This document shows positions 22,912 through 32,657 of a stretch of 64,000 nucleotides of DNA, in pieces. How positions within the stretch are numbered: the first letter of the stretch is position 1; each line of letters begins with the position of its first letter. The translations under genes and the position numbers were made by a program. Source of the DNA: Callorhinchus milii (taxonomy: Eukaryota); the NCBI RefSeq assembly GCF_018977255.1, contig NW_024704745.1, positions 32,240,001-32,304,000 on the forward strand, in the 5' to 3' direction. The notes under the pieces were generated by a model. It was given only the letters and a program-made list of their open reading frames with translations. It was not told where the DNA came from and did not search any database.

Positions 22912-25900
22912 TGTAAAGGAGTGGGGGTGGTGGGGGGGGGGAGGAGTTTGGGAATAAACAGAGTAAGTGGACTACAAGCCATTTCATTAAACTGTAAAAT
23001 GGATGGCAAAAGTAAAGAGAAGCAGACTTCATTTTTCCAGTAACAGCTGTTTTTGGCAGATGGAATAATCTTAGTACAGAAGCAATACTGGAAACAAATC
23101 AGTTTGCAATTATCTCATGTGGTTCTAGCAGAAAGGAAATGTTTTACTGCTTCTATATATAAAAAAATCATAAAGCTAAAACAACCATTATAAAGACAGT
23201 TTTCCACCTATTTTTATGGTATAATAAACAGGCTATGGAAAAAGGAATATCATTAGAAGGCACACGGGGTAACTTTTAGAATTGTTAATATGTCACACAT
23301 TAAAATGCAGTTTAGGTACTATGGGAGCCCAATAAATAGAAAACTAGTTTGCTGAGACTGCTTGGATCAGTAGTTCTGAAAACTAGTAATTAAAAAAAAC
23401 ATTCACTTTGTAATCTTTGTACTGCTGCCCATTGATTTCTTTGTTCAGCAATTCAATCTTGAACAACAAAAAAAATCAGAAACACTGAATAAAATGGCAG
23501 GCACCAACCAGAGTGATAAGACCGGGCAGGAGTAAGAAAGATTCTGTAATCGGCAGTACCTTTACAAAACTGATGAACACATCTTATTCTCTGTAAATTT
23601 ACTGGCTCAGGTGCAATAGATTTATTAAATTCTAAGGTTAAACTGTGAAGGTCGATTAAATCTACTCTTCTTATATCAACTAGTCTTGTGGCGTTCACCT
23701 TACCAGATAAAAGGGGTGAAAAATTAAACATTGCACAGGAAATTATGTTAGGGGCACTGCTTGCACCTAGGCCAGAAAGCTGGAAGTTACTTAATGATCT
23801 GGTCGTTGCCCATTTTATAGTTGAAAGGACAGCTAAAAATTAAAAATAAACTAAAATATCAACATTATCCATTGAAAACCACGAGTCCTACCTGTGATAT
23901 ACTGAGCATTCAAAAATGGAGAACTGTATAAATATTTTATAATGATAATAACGACTACTCACAATTATATAACGCCTTTCATATGGGGGGTACTATCTTG
24001 GAGCACTTAGGTGTATTATGTTTTGTTTCATAACAATATTCAAAACAATAAGAGTGCCTGGAGAGTGCTTTGGCACAAAACTTTTTCAATTGAGTGTCCA
24101 TTTATCTGGAGTTGGCTGCTGTTTACATTTAAACCAAAATCAAATCTATTTAAAGTGATATTATAAAACAAAGTGCAGTTAATCTTAAGATGTTTTTTTT
24201 ATTCACATTCATCAATTTCTGTTTAATTTAACGTTTATTGTGTAACGCATCTGATTTTATACTTGCTGACGTGGCAAATGTGTTGCATTTATACACCAAC
24301 AACAAAGTTAGCTTTGCTTATTCACAGAACAGTTATCAAACAAACATTTAGGTGCATGAGTTCTTGTGTTAATTATCTTATTTTGACAAGTATGAAATAC
24401 TGATCTGTAAACTTTTAATATTTTTAAAAATTGCTTTCCTTTCCCCCCCTCAAATCACACTTGTGACAGGTCCCATTTCCCAACTGAGAGGTAAACACAC
24501 AGTATCTTTCCAGACATCCATACCTGAGTGCAACTCAAATTAACTCCCCACCAACTGACTTTCAGATTTCAAGCAGGTTCATCTGCCTGCATCCTAGCTA
24601 CACCCTGTGCATCCTTTCTCACTCTCAATTTAGGTAGAAATTATGCTGCACGCACAAAAGCACTGCATCATTCAGTCACAGTATCTGTGTCAGATGTGCA
24701 CTCAAATTATCAGCACCAGGACTGATTTCAGTAGCTGAAATCTTCCTCTTTTACTTTATGCAAATCAAGTAAGGACTAAAGTAAAAACTAGTATACAACC
24801 AGATGTTTCTGTGTACATTCCAATCAAGTCTTATAAACAACAGTAAGGTCAGGGGCATATTAAACCCAAAGAACGTTTGATTATAAATGAAGTTAAAATA
24901 AGCAGCTTTATCTCTCTCTCTCTTCTGAAATGTTCATTAAACTTTAATCTAATTGGTTTTAAATTGCTGAGATTAATTGCATAAAGTGAGAACAGAAATG
25001 TTTTTTTTACAAAGGAGGATTTTTGATGCTTGTTTATTTGCTGCACATATTTTATTAAAGTGCTGTCTTTTGGTCATCCATATCTTCACAATACTGCTTC
25101 AGAAGTCGGTGCGTCTCATGAAAGCCGAAACAACTGAGTATACTGATTAGTTTATCCTAAATTAGTAATTATCTTGGTCTGAGAGTGAAGATATTTACCA
25201 TTTATTGGGATCTCGATTGCAATATTCTCAAAAGGTTTAGGAAACATTATTTGTGATATCTGAAACCTGCCAAAAAGATGAAAAAAGGCTATAGAATGAG
25301 CATCATCATCCCAGAGCCAGTTGTTAACACTCTCCATACCTCTTTATTTTTTAAAAGGACACTTTGGTATTTTTCAGAAATCGCTGCGCCCCAATCTGAC
25401 CTCAGGCTGATAAAGAGGTTCAAATTAACACTTCCCCGACCCCTTTTGTGAATGTAGCAAATTGGATCCTGATAGAAATACAGTTGAATCACTGCTAAAC
25501 ATGAGTCAAAACAAGGGCAACAAGCTTATAGCTCCATTGTCTAAAGGATTACATGTGTGTGAGTAATGAGCTGTGTAACTGGGATACAGTATGTGCTAAA
25601 AATGTTCAGGAGCATATTCAGTCACTTGCACACTGGTTACGAAGCAGTGGAAATATGTATTTTGTGGTTTGGGGTTTCACTGAATGAACATAATTACAAC
25701 AGTCCAATTCAGCGCAATAAGATAAATGTTCTGCTCTGAGGGATCAATAAAAATCAGTTGAACAAATACTAATCAACCGGTTAACTGTTAATTGGACCAG
25801 TTATATGGATTTAATTATTGGATTTCCTTTTGTTTAAGACTAAATATAAACTGGCTTAGCTCAATTTTGCAGAGGGGTTTGAGTGCAATGTTACACCATA

Positions 25901-26284
25901 TATTAAACCTGTGCTGCACTGATACTTGGGTGTAACCACAATTTGAACAATTGACCAAGTGCAGCGGTACAGCTAAAGATTTAATTTTTCACTTGTCTGA
26001 AGCCTGGTGGAGACTCAGGAAAATCGGACCAGATTTCTCAGGAGCACACCCATGACTTCTGACTTGTCTAGAAATTACAACTGATTCAAAGAATATCAGA
26101 AATATCTGTAGGCTTCAAATCAACTGCATGTTTCCTAGATAATTTAGCATGGACTATTTGGCCTAATGGTATGTTTCTGTGCCATGTAATTCTACGTAAT
26201 TTTCAAAGTAGGAAGAAACAAAAGAGAAAGTTTAAGATCCCCATCGACACACACACTAACCTTCAAATACAGTCAGTATACTTT

Positions 26285-26540
26285 AACATAACAACATGTA
26301 GGAGCAGGCGTAGGCCATTCAGCCCTTCGAGCCTGCCCCGCCATTCAATCATCGCTGATCTTCTAATCTAACTCCAGTGAATAACCTAACCCTGCCATAT
26401 CCCTTAATCCCTTTTGCAATAAGAAATCTATCTATCTTAGTCTTGATTATGTTCAAGGACTGAGCGTCAACAGCCCTTTGGGGTAGCGAGTTCCATACAT
26501 TCACCACCCTTTGAGTGAAGAAGTTCTTCCTCAACTCAGT
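26285..26540 (-). mobile_element. CR1 LINE 3' end
   Basis: Minus translation LRKNFFTQRVVNVWNSLPQRAVDAQSLNIIKTKIDRFL is the CR1 ORF2 C-terminus, followed by the 3' UTR GGCTCGAAGGGCTGAATGGCCTACGCCTGCTCCTACATGTT. Confidence 0.92.
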
Positions 26541-27517
26541 AGAGGAAAATTCAGTGAAGCACTATGAGATGCTTCAATGACACAATGAGGCTCTATAAAA
26601 ATGCAAGTATTATCATTATATTTTAACAAATATTACATACCTATTCCCCATTCAAGAGCAAAGACAACTGCATTTGCAGAATTAAAAAAAAATACACTCA
26701 TCTTACTTTGAGGCTAGTTTTCCTTTGATAAAACTGATATCATAAATTAAGGCCAAATGCGTTCGACAATTCTGTATTTCCTAAATTTGAAGTCAACAGC
26801 CTAAAGGGTAAGACCATGAGAAATCACAGGCTTCGGTTGTGCAGAGAATCACTGGTCTGTAACTCACTCCAGAGGACAGCAGCAAGGGCCTTTCTCATTG
26901 CACCAGAGGATCACTAAAGTCCATTGACAAACACCAACAGAGAACGTACTGGACAGCTGACAGTTCGGAGTATTTCAGAAATGGATAGCTGAGCTGGAGA
27001 AGTAAACTGACCCATCAGCTTTTTGTCATGTTTTAAGAATAGACTTTTAATACATTCGGGCCTTTTGTTTAGTGACAAGCCAGCAACAGGTGATTAGTGG
27101 GACAGGCTATAAGGCAAAAGTATTCAGGTCACTTAAAGAACAAAAGTATTCAGAACAATTGGACCTTAACAGTGAAGTAGTTCCATGGAGAGATCTAAAA
27201 CACAGGCTGTTTACACGACACCAGCAGACAGCTCATGTATCTGGCATCGATGGGTTTATTGAGGTCACAAGGGATTTCAATAAGGTAATTAGAGAGAAAC
27301 TATCGTCGATGGCTAGAGGGTTCTTTAAACATGATCTAATTCCACCTGAGCCTAGATGTACTAAAGTAAAGTTAAAGTAACCAACATTGTTTGCCCTCCT
27401 TTATCCAATTAATTTAATCTTACAAATCTATTCAGGAGTGTTTCAATACATGCAAAGGGGAAGGAAGGGGGAATGTGGATAATCTTAGAATACTGTACTT
27501 TCAAATATATTGATGTC

Positions 27518-28005
27518 AACAACAACAACAACAACAAGATTCCATTTATAGAGCGCCTTTCACGTCAGGAGGACGTCCCAAGGCGCTGCACAGTTGGGTC
27601 ATGACCCGAGCAGGGGGGAAATGGTCAGGGTGAGGGGAGGGAAGGGAGGGAGAGAGGAGGGGGGAAATGGTCAGGGTGAGGGGAGGGAAGGGAGGGAGAG
27701 AGGAGGGGGGAAATGGTCAGGGTGAGGGGAGGGAAGGGAGGGAGCGAGGAGGGGGTAGAGAGTCGAGAGGGGAGCTGAAGGCACGGCCAAAGAGAAAGGT
27801 TTTGAGACCGGCCTTGAAGGAGGAAAGGGAGGAGGCGGCGAAGGCACTGGGGGATAGAGTTCCAGAGCCTGGGGGCTGAGAGGCTGAAGGCCCGACCACC
27901 GATAGTAGGGCGGTTGGGGCGGGGGACGTGGAGCAGACCGGAGCCAGAGGAACGGAGGGTACGGGCAGGTAGGTAGGGGGATAGTAGGTTGGAGAGGTAG
28001 GAGGG
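27518..28005 (-). mobile_element. L2 LINE 3' fragment with a tandemly expanded 3' UTR
   Basis: (CAA)n tail with CATTTATAGAGCGCCTTTCACGTCAGGAGGACGTCCC; minus translation SLSSFKAGLKTFLF. Confidence 0.92.
27612..27755. repeat. 46-bp G/A-rich tandem repeat, about 3 units
   Basis: AAATGGTCAGGGTGAGGGGAGGGAAGGGAGGGAG starts at 27619, 27665 and 27711. Confidence 0.95.
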
Positions 28006-28246
28006 AAATGTCCTTGGAAATAGTTTGATAGATGTTACAGTGAAATAGTGACTAGACTATTTATAGACAGTGAGTTAGCAAAAAATACCCCCCATCAAAC
28101 CAACGGCAATGAGGAAATCCTCACTCCGCCAGCTGAAAGAACGGTTCTCCCAATATTGCCAGGCAATACTGTCTCCCCGTCCTCACCAGGCTTCACCACT
28201 GTTCTTCTCCACGGGGAATCGACTTCTAGATTTTCATTTGGATCAT

Positions 28247-28524
28247 TAATAATAATAATAATCCTTGCATTTGATATAGCGCTTTTCCCGTCGGGAGGAC
28301 GTCCCAAAGCGCTTCACAGAACAGCCAATTGCACACAGCGATGTCCCACAAACAGTCGTAGATTGAAAAGGACCAATTTATCATTGTTTTTTGTTTTGGA
28401 GGGATTATTATTAGGCTCTGTGTGGAGTAAGGAAACTTGCCCAAGGTTTCGCCCTCTGCCTGGAATTGAACTCAGGTCTCTCACTTGCAAAGCGAGTGCT
28501 CTAACCACTGAGCAACAGGACTCC
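28247..28524 (-). mobile_element. Young DeuSINE short form with an internal deletion of about 45 bp
   Basis: Matches 41832-42161 but jumps from CTTCACAGAACA directly to GCCAATTGCAC. Confidence 0.92.
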
Positions 28525-28529
28525 ACAGT

Positions 28530-28700
28530 CCCTCGCTCCTGCACCTCTCTACCTGTGTTACCTCCTTCCTGCCTCACTCTCCCTTTCACAACTTTCTACA
28601 CTTTAAACTCAGATCTGCTGCATATCCCTCATCCCCAGTGTCCTACTTTCAGTGGGGGAGCTTTCAACTGCTTTACCCCACTGTGCGAAACTCTCAACAA
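28530..28700 (+). mobile_element. Degenerate L2 fragment
   Basis: Pyrimidine-rich; encodes TLNSDLLHIPHPQCPTFSGGAFNCFTP, resembling the L2 LLxVP...GGRAFSxxAP motif. Confidence 0.55.
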
Positions 28701-28981
28701 AATCCTTTTGTCTTGTGCCACATTATGTTCTGCACTACTGATGTACAAGTTCAAACAAGCACAAACTTTCATGGATTAAATTTACTCTTTGACAGACAAT
28801 CATTCTCATTAGCTAATCTCTCAATAGAATATTATTTATAATATGAGGAGACAACAGGAAAATAAATCTGTTTGACATTACAACAGCAAAGTGACTTTAG
28901 AAAGCACTTTCAATAGATATTCTTGAGTTACAAAATCTCTTAATTGAAATGATTTTTCCAACGAAAGATGCTACCACTGTT

Positions 28982-29645
28982 GTCAGCCTGGCTCAGATGG
29001 TAGTATTGTGGCCTCTGAATTAGAAAGTTGTGGGATCAAGTCCCACAAGTTGAGTCCTGTAGCTCAGTGGTTAGAGCACTCACCTCGCAAGTGAGAGGAC
29101 CTGGATTTGATTGCCAGCAGGGCGAAACATTGGGCAAGTTTCCTTACTCCCCACGCCTCAGTTTATGTAGCAATAAGTAGGAACCTGGTTGTTGGTCGAT
29201 TGGTGGATCGCTTTTCCTGGGATACTAATCCTTTCAAAGAAATAATAATAATTTGGTCCCTCAATCCACAATTGCTTGTGGGACACTGCGATGCGAATTT
29301 GGCAGCCGCTTTTTGCCCACAAAATATACAATCAATTCACTTTACAGTATATTCTGTGAGCGCTTAGAAACGTCTACAGGATGTGAATTGGCGCTACATC
29401 ACACTCAAGGATTATTATTTATTAAATTCATCATCCAGGCTAAAATTCCAATGTGCTAAGGAGGTATCATCCTTCAGATGAGACATTAAACTAAAAGAAC
29501 AACTCTATGGCTGTTTGTGGGCCATTGTTGTGCACAACCAGGTTGCCACGTTTTTCCCAGAAAATACTTTACAGAATATCCTTTGAGATGTCTTGACGAC
29601 GTGATAAGGAGCTATATCAAATGCAAGGATTATTATTTTATTACT
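28982..29645 (+). mobile_element. SacSINE1-like DeuSINE split by a nested young SINE (host pieces 28982-29051 and about 29430-29645)
   Basis: GTCAGCCTGGCTCAGATGGTAG...GGGATCAAGTCCCAC head; resumes as CATCATCCAGGCT...CCTTCAGATGAGACATTAAAC, then the Deu segment and tail. Confidence 0.8.
29052..29420 (+). mobile_element. Young DeuSINE, long form
   Basis: GAGTCCTGTAGCTCAGTGGTTAGAGCAC head plus the extra ACGCCTCAGTTTATGTAGCAATAAGTAGGAACCTGG...GGTGGATCGCTTTTCC segment. Confidence 0.9.
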
Positions 29646-30784
29646 ACTGTATTTTGTCATTATTAAGAAAACAACGGTATAAACTAGAGCACTCCTCACA
29701 TTTCGACTCATAAAGATGCCGTTCTGCGGGAGCTTACTTGATGCTTTGTCACTTTTGAGTAATTGAGTCATTCTCAATGGTAAGATTATAAACAAAATCT
29801 CACAAGTCGCCATTAAGTGTTACAATTTGTTCTGATGGTAAAGACCTGTTACCACTTGCCAACCTGTCAATGGTAAACTTGACACAAATCCAAAGCAAAT
29901 GGCTCAATTTTGTACGACTGCCAATGGTTCATTACCATTAACCTCAGTTATACAGGAACAGTGCCTCCAGACTAAGATCTGTGTTTTCCTGAACATGATA
30001 TGGTTTTAACCTGATGGCTTCTTATAGCTAAAAGAGCGAGCGTTCGACAACTTAAAATGTCACAATTCAAATATCCCATCACATCGGACCTTGGATAACT
30101 ATCATTTGATTGAATAATTAGATCAAAACAAAATCCATTCAAGTGACTGGATTCTGACACTTGCCCGCACAAAGCTAAAATATAAAGGGATATAAGAAAG
30201 TAATGTTTCTAAAAAGCCCTATGGATATTAACTGTGGGTTTCTTTGACAAGGGCCAGGTTATCAGAATACAAAAAAAACGATTGAATCAGAATAAAAAGC
30301 TTCTGTTTAAAGAATACTTCACTTGATAAACACCCAGTCAAGACTAATTTTGCAATAAGTGATAGACTGATATAACAATGAAGAGTTCATCAACCATGAC
30401 CTCCTGATAGCTTTTAAGCCCACAGAGCATATATTTGTCTGCAACTGTACTTCAGACTAATTATAAGAGGCAAATGAACACTCTGGGGCTAACGTTACAG
30501 TAACACAATTATTCCAATGACTATGATTATTCGATTAAACTCCCTCCTTCTAGCACAGGGGAATTACTAAAATAAATCTTTTAACCACACATAAAATAGA
30601 AATGAACAATCACAAGAAAACACCCTTGTATTAACTCTTAGCACCAGGTCGTTTATCTTGGTTTACTCTTCTGCTGTGGGGCAAATGTAAGTGCTCTCAT
30701 CCATTTGGAATCTTTTCTCTTTACACCCGATGATTGACTCAGGACCAGAGCAATCAGCACTCCTCTGGTTTTTAATTAATAAAA

Positions 30785-31120
30785 AAAACTTTGTATTTTA
30801 TACAGCGCCTTATCAGATTGTCAAAATGTCTCAAAGCGCATCACAGGATTTACTGTAGAGTGTAGTGACTGTATTTCATAGCCAAACACAACAGCCAATT
30901 TGCACACAGTGATGTCCCACAAACAAGAATAAATGATACATTTTATCTAGGGGATTGATGGCTAGCTGAGGAGAAACTCCCTTTTCTTTTCGGTTTAAAC
31001 GTCTCATCTGAAGGACGTCACCTTTAACAACCCAGTACTCCCCCGGACTGAGCTGGAGTGTCTGCCCAGATAATGAGATCAAAGTTCACGACATGAAGCT
31101 TGATCCCACAACCTTCTGAA
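30785..31120 (-). mobile_element. SacSINE1-like DeuSINE, degraded
   Basis: CAGCCAATTTGCACACAGTGATGTCCCACAAACA; CGGTTTAAACGTCTCATCTGAAGGACG; GCTTGATCCCACAACCTTCTGA. Confidence 0.82.
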
Positions 31121-31712
31121 ACTATCCAAACCAAAGAGAGAGTTAACTAGTTGGAGAAATGATAAATGCTAAATAAAACCCACTTTATTCCAGCAAAATA
31201 CAAAATATAATTTTCGTTTTCATATTTTCAAGTAAGACCCAAAGTTTTTCCATATGAAAGTGCAGATAGCAACAAGTGAATTTCTAAACTGTAAGAGCTA
31301 CTGGAGGGGTTCAAATGATGTTCAAAATCGTAAGAGGGAATCTTGAATCGTTAATGAACATCATCTGAACAGCAGAAAATTCACCCAACCACCAGCTACA
31401 ATGCATCCACCACAGCTTTGTTGTACTTAGCTCATAATTCTTACAATTCATGGCTGAGATAAGATTTTTTTAATAAACTGCCAACTGTCAATTGAAAATA
31501 AAAGCTGTAATTTTTATTTCATATTTGTTTGAGTGTGTGTGAGGTGAACAGGCTGAAAACTTTGAATTGGACTTATTGAGAATTTTATTGTGGTTTGATT
31601 CTAGGGCATTTTATCTCTTGTATAAGTTTTATTAAATTAATTTTGGAATCAATTGAAATGAAGTGATCTTAGACCAAGGAAATAAAAATGGCAAATAATC
31701 TATTTTTTAAAA

Positions 31713-31818
31713 AATAATAATAATTCTTGCATTTGATATAGCTTCTTTCAATGTCAAGAGGTCATCTCAAAAGCACCTCACAGGATTTATTGTACAGTGT
31801 AATGACTGTGTACTTTGC
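31713..31818 (-). mobile_element. SINE 3' tail fragment between direct repeats
   Basis: AATAATAATAATTCTTGCATTTGATATAGC...TCACAGGATTTATTGTACAGTGTAATGACTG. Confidence 0.8.
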
Positions 31819-32221
31819 AGACCAAGGAAATAAAAAATAATAAATGTCATTTTTTTCTAATACCTTTGTATTCATGATGAAATGTTTCAGATATTCTGAA
31901 AGCATTGTCTGAGGAGTCAGTCAAGTACATTTTCAGATGAAGCACACTTCTTCCTTGGCAGCTTACCACACTTTCTGTATCATTAAACATTTCTAAACAT
32001 ATTTTTTGAAGAAGACATGTTACTAACTAGACCAGTGAGTTGGTAAAATGCCCCTCCATCTCTAGGTCATGGGTTTGAATCCGATCCAGACTGATAGAAT
32101 CAACAATATTGCTTTCTGAGCCACTCCGGATAACTAGTTGTTCCCCCCTTGGAAAGACGAGTTATCAGGAGTTTACTATAACTAGTTTAATTTAAACTAG
32201 GATTTAATTTAATGTTAATGT

Positions 32222-32657
32222 ATCAGCCTGGTTTAGTGGTAGCACTCTTGCCTCCGAGTCAAAAGGTTCAGGGTGTGGTTCAAGCTGTGGTTTGTTTGGA
32301 TTTGAACTCACATAGTCTAACCTGACTCCAATGCAGTCCTGGGTATGGGTTGCATTGTTGGAGGTGGTGTCCTTTGGATGAGACCTTAAACTATGTCTTG
32401 CCTGTTCAGGCGGACATTAAAGATTCTATGGCGCAATTCAAAAAGAGAAGGCAGTTTCTCCCAGTGTCCTGGCTAACAATCTCCCTAACAAAACTGGTCA
32501 TTCATTTCAAACCTGTTTGTAAAACATTGCTGTGTGCAATTGGGTGGCCACAGTCATCTACAAAAATGCAGTCACTACACTTAAATTTAAATCCTGTGAA
32601 GCGCTTTGGGACATTCTCCCAACGTGAAAGCCACGCTACCAAATGCAAGTATTATAA
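32222..32657 (+). mobile_element. SacSINE1-like DeuSINE, near full length
   Basis: GGTAGCACTCTTGCCTCCGAGTCAAAAGGTT head, CCTGTTCAGGCGGACATTAAAGATTCTATGGC body, Deu segment and TGTGAAGCGCTTTGGGACATTCTCCC tail. Confidence 0.88.

Noticed and set aside
28048-28779. Longest ORF (243 aa) as a host gene
   Set aside because: It is a read-through of unique sequence, an antisense SINE (IIIIILAFDIALF...) and an L2 fragment, with no coherent domain.
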